DNA of 64,000 bases from Octopus sinensis (GCF_006345805.1 NC_043005.1:6076001-6140000); one strand, 5' to 3'. Numbered from the stretch's first letter, positions 35,556 to 50,395 are shown. The notes: generated from the sequence alone by a model not told the origin. Made by a program: numbers and translations.

Positions 35556-35657
35556 AAAGCTTTTGAGAAATATATGAACACACAAACACACACATACGTA
35601 TAAAGTGTCTATTTACTTTCAAAATGTGTGTGTGTTCCTATATTTCTCAAAAGCTTT
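35556..35657. repeat. Inverted repeat, ~28-bp arms
   Basis: aaagcttttgagaaatatatgaacacac / gtgtgttcctatatttctcaaaagcttt. Confidence 0.8.
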
Positions 35658-37267
35658 GGATTTACTGAACTGGTCTTCTGATTGAAACCGGAACTTCTGT
35701 AATGAAATATAAATTTATAGTTTCTGTGAGAAGACACAAGTTCTTAAGATCCGCAAGGGATGTTGCGATACTCATACCTTTCTGGAAAGAAGTGGTTATA
35801 GATGAGACTCAAACTGAGGTGTTACAATATAACCACATATATTAATATCTTCAAATTTTGGCTCACAGTCAGCTGTTTTGAGGGGAGGGGACGAATTGAT
35901 AACATCATTCCTGATACTTGACTTGTACTTTATTTTATCGACCCCAAAAGAATGAAAGGCAAAATTGACCCCTGCAGGATTTGAACTCGAAATGTAAAAA
36001 ATTAGAAGAAATCCCATTAAGCATTGTTAGTGTGTTGGGTAAGACGCTTTACAGCATTTCTTCAGGCTCTTAATATTCTGAGTTCAAATTGTGGCAAGGC
36101 CAGCTTTGCCTTTCGTCCTTTTGGGGTTTGATGAAATAAAGCACCAGTGAAGTATTGATGAATGCGTGTTTGCACTCTTGGTTGTGTGATTGTGGTTTGG
36201 ATTCCTGGACTGGGCAGTTTTTATGTTCTTAAGCAAAATACTTCCTTGTCTGTTGCTCCGGGCCACTCAGCTGTAAATGTGTGACCCTGTGACAGACTGG
36301 TGCCCCATTTAGTAAGACTGTTGTGATCATGGAAACTGGGCAACTGCCTCGATGAGTCCTGGGACTAGAGATAGTAAGTCCAGGGTTTGATGAATATAAT
36401 GAAGTACTGGGCTCAATGCAATTCACTGAACCCCTCCCTCTAAACTTTCTGGCCTTGCTCCAAAGTTTGAAAGCAATATTAAACACATATGTAATAAATG
36501 AAATCTGTTACTCTTTGTAATGTGGTTGTTGAATGGACAAAGCCAGCAAAGTGCTGAGCAGATTGCTTGGTCTTGCTGAAGGCACGACAACCTCTCTGGT
36601 GTTGGTACAACAATAAAATGTTGTATTCTGTAAAGTGGTTGGTGTTAGGAAGGATACCTAGCTTTAGAAAACATGCCAAAATGGGACCTGCATGCAAGCT
36701 ATGATTCCTGACCTTTTAAGACAGGTGTAACATTTAAAAACTATCTTGATTCATGACAACTCATCTGATCCATGCCAGCATGAGAAAAGCAAACATAAAA
36801 GTGATGATGATGATGATGATAAAAGATATTTGCGTATTTTAATTGTTTTTTTTTAAAATTCAATCTATATGGTTGTGGTACTTATCATTTGTAATGCAAA
36901 TGTGGTAAGTTCAACTGGTGCTGCAGGTCTACCGTTTATTTACTTCCCAGACTTTGTGCCTAATTAACAAATCTCCAATGGCTGATGTGTGTTGTGTGTA
37001 AAACATTTGCGTGCAGTAGGATGAGCTCATGTCTGCAGCAAGGGGCCAGGGGAAGAAGAGAAGTTGTGGGGAAACTGAGGAGGAAATTCTTTGTTGGGGT
37101 TTGAAATCCCTTGGGAAGTAGAATTACATTTTAGGGTTTCAACTGCTGGAAGTTTATTTTATTTATCCCATAAATGTCGACAAAGGTTCAAATTACTGTC
37201 AGTTTTTTATATAAATCTGAAAAAGAAAAAAGAAATTTTTTTTTTTTTGATTCTTAAATGCTAAAGA

Positions 37268-37284
37268 AATAAAAAAGAAATAAA
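37268..37284 (+). promoter_or_regulatory. Candidate distal polyadenylation signals of the LAP gene
   Basis: Two AATAAA (37268, 37279) followed by GT-rich sequence, at the end of a UTR-like U/A-run region. Confidence 0.35.
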
Positions 37285-37469
37285 AAAGATTATCAAAACA
37301 CAATGATTAAGCATTGTTGCTATACAGCTATGTGTATCGTGTATGTGTGTGTGTGTATATAATGGTGTGTGTATAATGGTGTGTGTATATGTGTGAGTGT
37401 ACAAATGAAAGAAAAGAGCAATTAATGCATCACAAAGAGTTTATACTTGTAGTGGTAGTGGTGGAGTTG

Positions 37470-39765
37470 TTGGTGGTTCACCCTGCACATACTCAGAGTT
37501 TCGTAGGCAGATATTGCCTATCTCTGATCAATCAGAGTTTTATTGATATCACTGGTCAACAAAATGAAACTTTTTTTAATCATCAGAGTTGCTGATTGAC
37601 TTTTCTAGGTTAATTTTTGATGCTGATTACGAATCTGAAGTCTGATTTCCTCTGTCAGGTCACCTTTTCATGTCTATATAAAGTATATTGAATACAAGAT
37701 ACGATAATTTCATGGCTTTTTATTGTACAAAATTAAAATTATTGTGTACGAATAAGTTAGAATACACTCAAATGCATAGCAACTTAAAATCTTTGGGATT
37801 TGGACTTTCTATGGTGTTTTGTCTCAGGTTCATCCCTGTGTAACATCCAACAGTAGTCAGCTAACATTCCTGCATTCCAAAATCCTTGATATCGTTGTTC
37901 CATCAATGCAATATCTTGATGAAAGCATTCCCCTTGCTCCTCAGACACCGCTCCAAGGTTTTCTGCAAAAAAGTCCAGATGTGAATCAAGGAAATGAACT
38001 TTTAGTGACATCCGACAGCCCATTGCTGCATAGAAGTCTAGAAGACATTTCGCTCCATTTCTAAATGCTAGAGATCTCTTCTTGTTGCCTAGGAAAAATT
38101 TTCACAGAGCCATTTGAAGGATTCCCAGGCTTTAAGCTCAATCTCATCCAGAGCTGTGAGGAAGTGGTTGTCCTTCAGGAGTACTTTTATCTGCAGATCT
38201 AGGAATATGCCCTCCTTCAGTTTTGCCTCAGTGACTTTTGGAAATTTGGCCTTCACATATTCAAAACCTTTTGAGCTTTTCCTGGCAAGTGTCTTCACGA
38301 ATTGTTTCATGAGGCTAAGCTTTAAGTGAAGAGGGGGAAGAAGAACATTTTCTGGGTTTAAAAGTGGCTTACTCTGGACGCTAGAGACTCCTAGCTCATA
38401 TGATTTTCGCAAAGGTCACTCTGATTGCACATAGTGCTTGTTAGTTTCACGACTGTCCCATAGGCATAAAAAACAACAATATTTCGTGAACCCAGATTAC
38501 ATTCCCATCAACATTCCAATCACCTTCAAGTCTCCACATATTTTCCAGCTGTAGTTTGTATACTCTATGGCATTGAGGAGTACTTGCATGTTTTCATAAC
38601 ACTCCTTCACGTGCACTGAATGTCCTATGGGAATGGATGGTTTCTTATTGCCAGTGTGTAGTAGTACTGCCTTGAGGATTCTCTTAGATGAATCAATGAA
38701 TAAGCGCCATTCAGCTGGAACATGCTCTTGGAACAAACTGCGAAAGAACTCATCAGTGTTATTACTGAAACAAAGTAGTCTATCAACAAAGAAGCATGAA
38801 GTCAGATCGCTATTTGTCTTCCTGAAATGAGTAATACAAACATTTTTCTTAAGCAGACACTTTTCTAGTAGGCTAATAATTCAGCTTTATCCTTCGATGA
38901 TGACAAGTCTCTAACTAAATCATTTAATTCTCCTTGAGAAAATTTCTGTGGTATGTCTTCATTTTCAATAATGAAATCTGCATCCACTTCGGTGTCTTCC
39001 ACAGCAGTAGTATTTTCTTCAGGAAATACATCTTCGTCAGACATCTGAAGGCCATTTTCTGGTGGTATTGGAATAAGAAGGTCTTCTTGCTGATTCCAAG
39101 TTGGGATACACAATCTTATGCTTGGTCTTTACAGTAAACCCAAATACACTAACGTTGTAGAAATAACAGTCCATGAAATGATCCTTTGGCTCTCTCCATA
39201 TCATAGGTATTGCAAACGGTATTGCTCTCTTCCTCTTGTTTAGCCAATCCCTTGGTCCATTTGAACAAGCTGAGCTGATGATGTGCGGGGATCTTCTTGA
39301 TTTCACTTGTGATGGCACATATTAAGATTTTTGGTGGTAAATGAACCACAGACATGACAAAATATATCAGGATTGTTCTTGCAATGCCTTGACATCCTGA
39401 GTAGAATTTGATGATGAAGACTTGGCACCTTAAACAGAAAATAAAATTTATGAAAAGAAAAGGTTATGAAAACATAAAATTACAAAATGAATAGAAACAG
39501 TTATAAAACAGAAGTCAGAATTTACCTGTATAAGACGTTTATGTGCAGCGATACTGCTGATGGGGGTTATATACCTCTCCCATCTCATCAGAAAAACCGT
39601 GCCTGATAGAAGGAAACCGATTACATTTTTGAAATCTGCAGACAAAACCACATATAAAACTCCATAAAATATCCCTGATGAAAACTGGCTGTATTCAATT
39701 AAATATGTGCTTTTGTGTCGATGGAACTCTGAGTATTGAGTAGTGGGGTGAGTTACCGATTGCCC
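37470..39765 (-). mobile_element. Decayed DNA transposon, Chapaev3-like (CMC superfamily), with fragmented transposase
   Basis: Transposase pieces run from ATG 39395 (MSRHCKNNPDIFCHVCG) through WREPKDH..CYF, LFIDSSKR.LKAVLLH, ICGDLKV, LLPPLHLKL and AVSEEQGE.FHQDI..ME.RYQG to stop 37784. Inverted subterminal motifs (TCACCC...ATACTCAGAGTT) lie at both ends. The superfamily call is from recall, and the termini are uncertain. Confidence 0.8.
37784..39395 (-). pseudogene. Transposase pseudogene (multiple frameshifts and stops)
   Basis: Seven ORF-track fragments in different - frames are collinear with a single ~540-aa transposase. Confidence 0.85.
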
Positions 39766-39839
39766 ACTGGCACATACACAGGTGTGTGTATATATGTGTG
39801 TGTGTATACGCACACCCATGCTAGATGTTAAAAGGTGAT

Positions 39840-40330
39840 TTTATATATATATGGATCTGAATATATGTGTATATATGGATGTGTGTGTATATTATATATT
39901 TTCATATATATATATGGTATTTGTGCTTTATACACACATATATATAGTAATTGTGTATGTATATATATATAGTGTTTGTGTATGTATATATATATATATA
40001 TATAGTAATTGTGTATATATATATATATATATATATATTGTGTATGTGTATATATATATAAATTTTGTACATATATACAGTAATTGTGTATATGTGTATA
40101 TATGTATGTATGTATATAGATAGAATTTGTACATATATATTAGTATATGTATTCCAGTGTGTGTGTGTATATATATATACACGTGCACGTGTGTATGTGT
40201 AGCATTTGTACATATATACATTTGTAGTATTTGTATATATACATATATAGTATATGTGTGTGTATGCATACATATATATAATGTGTGTATATATATATAT
40301 ATATGTATGCATATACACATATTGTTTATA
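39840..40330. repeat. TA/TG-rich low-complexity tract
   Basis: Direct inspection. Confidence 0.9.
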
Positions 40331-40447
40331 GTTTTCTTTTATAAATTTTGTTTTCCATTTTGGTTGTGTTTGTGGAATGAAGGTGATATTATAAATGAAA
40401 GGACTTGACAAACAACTGCTTAATGAAACAACATCTCTTCCCTCTCT

Positions 40448-40547
40448 NNNNNNNNNNNNNNNNNNNNNNNNNNNNNNNNNNNNNNNNNNNNNNNNNNNNN
40501 NNNNNNNNNNNNNNNNNNNNNNNNNNNNNNNNNNNNNNNNNNNNNNN
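40448..40547. other. Assembly gap (100 N)
   Basis: Run of exactly 100 n, probably a placeholder of unknown true size. Confidence 0.99.
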
Positions 40548-41239
40548 CTGCCAATTAGAAAATTAGAAAGCCTTTCTTTTAACTGCATTTAGCTATTACA
40601 TAACAAAAATAGACCAGAATATCTAAGAGATGTCAACCGTCTCAACCATTTGTTGAAAACAAGAAATAAATTCAAAATGAGAAAAAAAAAAAGATATACC
40701 AGATGAAAATATATATATATAGCAGATGATTTGAATGTGACAACAACAATAATAATAATAGTACAAGGAATCATACAAAAAAATCACAATCAGATCAACA
40801 TCCATTCGTCAAAGATGTTTCTCTTGGTTTGGTTTTATTTTATATTTTTTAATTTTATTTTCAATATATAAAAAAAAGAAAACTGTTCAAAATATTATAA
40901 ACATGTCAATAAATATATAACATTGTTATCGATTTTCTTTATGTTGTGTTATATTCGTCTGTATGTATTGTGTATATGTATGTTTGTGCTGTTATATGTA
41001 ATATATAATGCATATGTACATATAATATGTGCGTGCATGTATATATATATGTGTATATATTATATATTTTTGCATAGACATGTGCTTGTATTAAGGCTTT
41101 AACATTAAAACAGATTAAATCTGGCTATCATTTATACAGCATTGTTTCTAAATTATCCACATCTTGTCTAGCTACATATGGTAGCTTAAAAACCATCTCC
41201 AAATCACACAAGGATTCACATATTTCTTAGATTCATTTG

Positions 41240-41276
<37 letters not shown>

Positions 41277-41938
41277 GAATTCCTCGAAGCTAAATGCAAG
41301 GGGAAATATCTGCTGGAACATATTTGATTTGATTTTGTTCTTTACAAAGAATATTATAAATTGCTACTGGAAGACAAAACTTGTTCATTGAGAAAATGAA
41401 GAAACCAAATTATTTTGTGTTATTGTGATGAAAAAAAAAAGAATATTAAAGAAATTGGAATTCATATTTTGTTGAACAAAGTAAATGAAATCCAAATCTA
41501 TTTATTTGATCTTTGTTTAAAGAAAAGGTTTCATATTAATTGTTTGTAGACTTGTTCATATGGGGAGAAATCAGTTATGTACTTGTGCTCCAAGATGGTC
41601 TGGTGGTATTCTTATACAATCTTCATGATGAAATGGTCAAGAGTAATGTGTGTGTGTGTGCATATATGTGAATATATGTGTGTGTGTATATATATATACA
41701 CACATGTACATGATATGCATATATTTATAAATATAACTATTTATAAATATAACTATATATAAATATGCATTTATATATATATGAATGATATTAAAGTATG
41801 TACATATTCAAAAGGCGGTGCATCAGCATGGCCGCAGCTCTGAGCTGAAACTAAGAAAAAAAATCTATATACACATACACTCGTGTACACACCTACAAAT
41901 ACATGCATGTGTAGATAAAGTGTATGTGTGTGTGTGAG

Positions 41939-41981
<43 letters not shown>

Positions 41982-41986
41982 GTCAA

Positions 41987-42106
41987 GTCAGACTCTAGCT
42001 ATTCTGAGTTTCCCTTGCAGGTGTATTGCTGGATACTCAGACAGTCATAACTTGCCTGAAGATCCTCTGCATCCACAGATGAAACTCAGAGTAACCAGAG
42101 ACTGAT
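41987..42106. repeat. Inverted repeat (26-bp arms) around a hammerhead-like remnant
   Basis: gtcagactctagctattctgagtttc / gaaactcagagtaaccagagactgat, with CTGAAGA at 42056. Confidence 0.6.
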
Positions 42107-42179
42107 ATGACCCAAATAAAATATATTATTAATCTCTATGGTATTCAGTAGTCTTTTCTATTGACAGTTAAAAACTAAA

Positions 42180-42560
42180 TGGCTGTACATATATAAATAT
42201 ATATACATATATATATACACACACACATATATATATACATATATATATATATATACGTATAATATACGTATATATATATATATATAAACATATAATATAT
42301 ACATATATATACATATACATATACGTATTATATATATATATATACTATATATATAACACATATACATAATATACAACACATATACATATATATACATATA
42401 CCACACATATACATAATATATATACAACACATATACATATACATATATATACATATAACACATATACATATTATACACACATATACATATATATAATATA
42501 TATAATATATATATAATATATATATATAAGATAGATAGATAGATAGATAGATTCAATGTA
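42180..42560. repeat. TA/CA-rich low-complexity tract with (GATA)n
   Basis: Direct inspection. Confidence 0.9.
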
Positions 42561-44282
42561 TGTATAAATTTATATAAACATACACACATTCACTATATAC
42601 ATATAATATACAAACACTCATATACATTTGCAGAAATATAACACCATATTTATTCAATTTTTTTGTGATTATATATTCACGTAGGTGGGGTGGGGGGAGG
42701 GGCGGTGGGGGTGAAACAGACAGATTTTTCAATGAAACTCCAACAGAATTTCAAATCTGTGTTGGCAGTGAGTTGCCTGATCAGTGTGTGCATGTGTGTG
42801 CATGCACGAGCGTATGGGACAGCATGTAAATCAAGTATTTAAATGCTTTCCACAATAAACATAACTTCATTTTAAATGGCTCTGAGGAAGCTAAAAAAAT
42901 GTCGAACATGTGCTCATCTCTGAATGCAATGCTTTTTATAGCAGAAACAGCAGTGAACTAATAAAAGTGATTATATAACATCTGTTCTTTTGTCCTTCAA
43001 TGGTATATCTATCTATCTATCTATCTCTCAATGTACACAGACACACTCAACTTGAATACTTTCTAATTGCAGTGTTGCATTCTTTTCCAGTTTAACACCA
43101 ATGACAAATATTTAAATCTTAAACATACGTGAACAGAATTAGCTGTTTATCTATTTGTCTGTCTAGCTTTCTGTTGTTGTTTTCTTTCTCTCTAGCCACT
43201 CGTTTTGTGAGATACAAACACACAGACACACACACTATCCACAAATAAAGTTTACTAAACTCCGAAACAATAATTGATGTCTGTTGTATATTTTAGTGCT
43301 GTGCTTCCATATTTGCTTATCCTTATCTCTCTCTCCTCATTTTCTGTCAGTTACAACGATGAAAGATCCAGTTAGTCTGGTCAACAGAACAGCCTGCTTG
43401 TGAAGTTAATGTGCAAGTGGCTGAGTACTCCACATACATGCACACCATAACATAGTTCTCAGAGAGAGTCGGCATGACACAGAAACTGACAAAGCTGGCC
43501 CTCTAAAATACAGGTACTCCTCATTTTTGCCAGCTGAGTGGACTGGAATAAGATGAAATTAAGTGTCTTAACTCCGGAGCACAACGTACCATCAGGAATC
43601 AAACTCGCAACTTTATGATTGTAAGCTGAATGTCCTAACCCCTAAGCCAGTGCCTTCACTCCTCTTTCCCCCAAACAAGCAACCAAACACACCCAGGCAG
43701 ACATACAAACACTTATTACTACCAAATAATGGTCACCTGTTACCTGAAATGCTATTGGTTGAATAAGTTCCTGAACAACACAGCCAAAGCCACTTAAAAA
43801 CATCCTGGTTGGCCAAGATTTATCCTGAGTACAAATTAGCACCAAAATCAATGAGACAGCTTGGCTCTATTTTTGATTGGTGATTGGAACATTGATTAAA
43901 ATGAAAGTTTGTATCATAGAACCACTGGGATGTCTCAGACAGGATGGAATCAAAAGGGTTTACAAAGCCAACAGCCAAAAATCGACCATGGAGTTATTGA
44001 CCCCTGGCCAGTAACTGGAGAATTTGTCTTGAAGAAACTTATTGAATCTCTCATGTTCTCATTCTTTCCCTCTCTCTTTGGAATAACAACAAAAAAAAAA
44101 ACAAAACAAAACAAAGATGGTGTCACATATTACTACGTTCTCATTAAAACATCCATTTTCCTTGCTTGAAAATTATTTAAACAATATTTTTGCATAAAGT
44201 AAACTCTTGTGTTTCAAAGCACTGGAATTAGACATTTCTGTGTGCTTCTCTTGGTGTGTTGCAGCTGAATTATTATCTTAAT

Positions 44283-44407
44283 AGGTGTGGCTTAGAGGTT
44301 TGCCTTGCAGCCACATGGTTTTTGGGTTCAGTCCCACTTCCTGGCATCTTAAGCAATTTTTTCCCACTGTAACCTCAGGCTTCATGAGTGCATTTGAAAG
44401 AAGCCTG

Positions 44408-44444
<37 letters not shown>

Positions 44445-44642
44445 CTTGTTCTGACATAGCATGATAGTTGCAAATGAGTAGCGTTTGTTTGCAGTCTTCC
44501 ATGAAAACATGTCTGGCCATGGGAAAATATTACAATATTACCTTGCTTAGAAATGAGCAAGCAAGTTGAAAATCTGCCTCAATAAACTCTGTGACACATG
44601 CAAGCATGGAAAATGGATATTCAAGTAATGACGATGAACGAT
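44283..44642 (+). mobile_element. SINE family B
   Basis: As above, decayed. Confidence 0.65.
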
Positions 44643-45712
44643 GTGGGTTGTTAAGCCCCATTACAATATCCTTTCATCACCTTGATCCCCTCTGCCAGGA
44701 ATGGGCAACCTTTTACAAGAGGTGGGCTGCACAAGATATGGTTCATCTGACAGGTCACATTACTAAAAAATTCAAGGAAATTTTTGATTTGTTGGGCTAG
44801 TCAGAAAGTCTTGCAGACTGCTGGTTGACAATGTCTGCTCCCTATAACATTATTCCATTAGAAGTTCATTCAGAAAAATAAAATAACTGAATTTTGTTAC
44901 ATAACAAAACTGATATAAAAAAAGCTGGGAAGAATTAAAAATCTGAGGTTCTTCTTTTTGTTCCGTAATGAACGAAATATTTTCTTTGAAAGTTTCTTAT
45001 TGTGAATCAATTTTTCAGTGGATTTCACTAGAAATTAATTTTTGAATTGAGCAAAACAATGTCTAACAATTGTAATACGAGAACATTTTTGGATATTCCT
45101 AATAGTGTCAGAGAAGTTTAAGTAACTTGTAAGAAGAGACGATGTCATGGGATAGTCACTAAATTGCTGGTATGTCCAGTGATGGGAATGTTCTCTTGTG
45201 CGTGCCGTAAGTGTGTGTGTGGTATATGTGTATACGGGAGAAAAAGTATGTAAAACAAGCCTAGAGATGTTTTCTTATATTAAATTAAGTAATATGTGTT
45301 AGTTGTATGTATGTGTGTGTGTGTGTGTATTTTTGTATACACAAATGTGAACATACACATACACACATACAGAGAAAAATAGAGAGAGAGATGTATGTAA
45401 GAATGTATATTTGTGTGGTTGAAAATAATATACAATTTTTGACCATACACACACACACATGCTTGTATATAGAGAGAAAGACAAACTGCTAGCTAGATAT
45501 GTGCGTACATGAATGTTTACACATGTTATGTGTATGGCTGATGTTAATACAGAACTTGCAATAATTTCTGTATGTATATATAACCCATACATAATATCTT
45601 TGAACATATAAATGTATCAAAATAACCAATTTTACTATGAAAACAAAACAAAACAAAACAAAACAGAAAAACATTTACAATATGAATAAAAAAAAACAAT
45701 GTTTCCTTCTCA

Positions 45713-45718
45713 TTTATT
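45713..45718 (-). promoter_or_regulatory. Candidate polyadenylation signal of the integrin alpha gene (would give a ~5 kb 3'UTR)
   Basis: AATAAA on the - strand followed by a long U/GU-rich downstream element (ttttttttttattc...gttttgttttgttttg). Confidence 0.4.
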
Positions 45719-47541
45719 AAATACTTTTTTGATATAAAAAAATACTTATAACATAAACATATCTCAAAATAGTTTAAATATTAAATGTGATCAACAAGAT
45801 ATATTTTGTATACTGCACCATTAAAGGCTGCCATCTTGTTTCCCATGATGCACCTTCACATTTTCATATGTTTAATTGTATCTCCATTCATTACATACAA
45901 ACCACAGTAAGTATATTTATAGTTTAGGGTCTCTATGTTTGTGTACTTGTTCGTTATTATTATTATTATTAAATTCTGTTTTTATGGATAATGGTATTTA
46001 TTCATATTTTGTCAATACTTTGCCAAGTAGAGTGAAATCTATGCTTTTGCTAATGATGTCAGAATAATACTGAAACAAGTACAGGATTGTCTTCAGTATA
46101 TGCTAGAAAAAGTGTAAAAAATATTAGTCCTTGAACTATATGTGTATGTGTGAAAATTGGTAGATGAGAAGTATACAGAAAGGAACTCCTCAGGTGGATT
46201 GTACTTGTAAATCAAATGGTACAGCCTTGTTACAGGACATGCTAATTCTGCCTGAGAATTGTGTCTGTGGAATAGCCAGCCACATGGTAATTCAGGAGCA
46301 GGTAATTCAGTAGATCAAACAACTGAATCGTCATTGAATAATATTAGTTTTTTTTTTGTTCATTTCTTAATTATTTCTCATTAGTTTTTTTGATGCTTTC
46401 TGTATTAAACATCAACTTCTGGACATCATTCTCTTGAGTTCTCTAGGCCCCACAGGGTCAGTTACCCAGTTTCCAAGACATATAAGTAACCGAGATCACA
46501 ACTTTTCCCCTGAATGGGGCATCAGTCCATGGTAGGCTCATCCATTTACAGTTACATTTACAAAGTGGACTGGAGCAACGTGATATGAAGTGTTTTGCTT
46601 AAGAACACAATGCCAACCTGGTCTGGGGATTGAAACCATGACCTTGCAATTGGGAACGCAACATCCTAGCCACTGACACTAAATCAACTACAACCAACTT
46701 AAAACTGGCAAAATAGATACAGTTTTGACGTGGACATATTACTCCATTATTTTCCACATAGTCCTGGGTTTCATAGCTTGGATGGGTCACCAAACTGTAC
46801 AAGTATATCTGTTATGTGCAGTGTGTGTATGAGGGCAAGGGTTAACAGAGGGGCCCTGGTTAAGGCCCCTAACATTATTTGCTTCAGTCTATCCAGATTG
46901 ACAAAGATTTCACACCTTCAGGTGAAAGTTTAGCTGTATTAGTTCAAAGGATGCCCACCTATACAAAACACCTGCCCCCCCCTCTCTCTCTCTCTCTTTC
47001 TCCAATATGTCAATATCCAGATTTTCTCTTCTGTTTCTGCAGTCAAATAAAATACAAATTCGAACAAATAAAATACAAATAAAAAAAATGTTCATAGTTC
47101 AGAACTTCATATAATTTTTTTTTTTTACTGATTTTTCTTTATAAACAATTTAATTAAAAAAAAAAAATTTTTTTTTTCTAAAGTCTAAAAAATTTGTCTT
47201 TGAAAATATTGGGAACAGAAAAAAAAAATCATTGAAGCAATTCTTACACATTTAAATTCAGAATTTTGAATTATGGAGATTAATTAATGACAGATAATTT
47301 AGTAAAATTAATTACAACATTGATATGAATAAATATCTGCCTTTTTTAAAATGATTTATAATAGAACAAATATTTTTAAGCTCTTAACCTGATGTCTCTA
47401 AGCCAAACTAAGTTTTTTTATAATTTTTCTTTCTCCATCCTCTTCAAGTTACTAACACGTATAGAATGTACATATTGTGTGTGTGTGTGCATATAAGGCA
47501 CTTTTGAGAAATTTCCTAATATGTGTGTGTGTGTATGTGTA

Positions 47542-47920
47542 TAGGCACTTCCCAGATATATGGCTTTGGGTGTAATCCTACTGCATGGCATCTTGGTATC
47601 TTCTACAATACCTCTGGGCCTTGTGAAAGAATTTGGTAAACAGAAATTGAAAGAAGCTATATAGATGTGTGTGTGTGTCTGTGTGTACCCTCATCTCGAA
47701 CTCACATGATGATTGTAAGCAAGCATCCTCATCATACAAGTGGTGTTGTTCATTTCCAGTCTCCTGTGAAACTCTTGGATTGTGATGGGGAAAAATTACT
47801 TTGCTTGGAAATAGATGAGGGTTAGAGACAGGAAGGGCATCCAGCCATAGAAAATCTGCTTCAAAAAGTTCCATCTGACCCATGCAAGCATGGAAAAGTA
47901 GACATTGAAAAGATAATGAC
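47542..47920 (+). mobile_element. SINE family B
   Basis: As above. Confidence 0.65.
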
Positions 47921-48085
47921 GTGTGTGCATGAATGTATGTACATATTTTTATATATATATACATATATATATACACACACACACACCACATATGTATGTG
48001 TGTATATATGATAAATATCAAAGAATATTTCTTACAGTTACCATACTGTGGATATACTGTTTTATATATATATGCATAGACAAGC

Positions 48086-48087
<2 letters not shown>

Positions 48088-48178
<91 letters not shown>

Positions 48179-48184
48179 TGTATG

Positions 48185-48241
<57 letters not shown>

Positions 48242-48260
48242 GTGTGTGTGTGTGTGTGTT
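48088..48260. repeat. Compound (TA)n(TATG)n(TA)n(TG)n microsatellite
   Basis: Direct inspection. Confidence 0.95.
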
Positions 48261-48844
48261 TATTTGTTTATTAGAGTAGTAGAATCTTCACGGAGCACTG
48301 TCCGATACATAAAAATGTTTCAAATTTTTTTTTAAAACCAAAACAATGCAAATTATAAAAATTAATAAATCCAGGTCAATGGTTAGCACTGTTACCTTGT
48401 ACTTCAATATTTCGGGGTTAGGATCCTTCTTCAAGAAAATTCATGGAGAAAAGATGTTGATAGCTGATGCCTCAATATGCACAAATACTATAAAGTAAAG
48501 AAAGCAGCTATCAACCCTTATTTTTTCCCGATAAATTCCCTGCAGAATATTCCTGACCATGGATATTCTAAACCATGTAATATTGAAACAACAGCTAACA
48601 GGATTAACCATGGCTTTAAAGACAAATATTTAAAACATTTTTATATATGTTTGTATCTATGTACAATATATAAAAATAGATTTTGTTCTTTCCAGTAGTT
48701 GTTCAAGAGTGACGTTTAAGACAGCCTGCCACAGGCTGTATGCAGGTAAAAAAAAAAAAGAAAATGATAAAAAAATGAAAATAATTATTTCAGATTTCAA
48801 TAATTACACTTTCTGCTTTCTTACTGGTATGATCATTATATATA

Positions 48845-48878
<34 letters not shown>

Positions 48879-49134
48879 TCTTAGGTGTAGTGATAAATTA
48901 GTTAAGTTAAAGTTTCTTCTATTTTACACTATATTAAAGCTCTGTGTTCATGGCATTTCTATGTGTGTGTAAATATGCTCTATACATATGTGTGTGTGTA
49001 TGTGTGTGAGTGTGCATGCACATACACACATAGATACAAGCATATAAATATATGCATGAGTATATATACATGAATGTCTACACACATATATGCATATACA
49101 CACATATATCTATATGTGTGTGTGCATGAAATAC

Positions 49135-49195
<61 letters not shown>

Positions 49196-49354
49196 AATAT
49201 TTGAACACACATCTACACACACACACACATATATATATATACAATAGACATTACACATGCATACCTACATATAGGTATTAACATACATATTTTAATCAAA
49301 AGTTACAAAGTGATTCAAGGTCGAAGAGTTTAGTGCATGGCACTATATACACAC

Positions 49355-49364
49355 CTGTGTGTGA

Positions 49365-49428
<64 letters not shown>

Positions 49429-49551
49429 TATATAATATATTATATATATATAATATTATATATATATATATAGATATATATATATATATAATATATATAG
49501 ATATATATATATATATATATAATATATAATATATATATATATATATTATAT

Positions 49552-49582
<31 letters not shown>

Positions 49583-49658
49583 ATATATATTATATATATA
49601 TAATATATATATATATATAATATTATATATATATAATATTATATATATATATAGATAG

Positions 49659-49692
<34 letters not shown>

Positions 49693-49734
49693 GTATATAT
49701 ATATATATATTATATATAGATATATATATATATA

Positions 49735-49806
<72 letters not shown>

Positions 49807-49827
49807 GTATATATATAATATATATAG

Positions 49828-49904
<77 letters not shown>

Positions 49905-49917
49905 ATATATATAGTAT

Positions 49918-49966
<49 letters not shown>

Positions 49967-49997
49967 ATATATATATATAATATATAGTATATATATA

Positions 49998-50039
<42 letters not shown>

Positions 50040-50062
50040 TATCTATATATATATATAGTATA

Positions 50063-50093
<31 letters not shown>

Positions 50094-50174
50094 CTATATA
50101 TATAATATATATATATATATAAATACATATATATATATACATATATATATACACATATATATAGTATATATATA

Positions 50175-50206
<32 letters not shown>

Positions 50207-50395
50207 CATACACACACACATGCACATATAAAAATATACACATTTACATGCACATACATATATAAGAGAAATTATATATGTATATATCTCAATGTATTTA
50301 TATACATACATAGTCATGTAGAATATATATACCTATACACATTCATACATTTGCATACATACACACACATGTACATATGTATAATGTAAACACAT

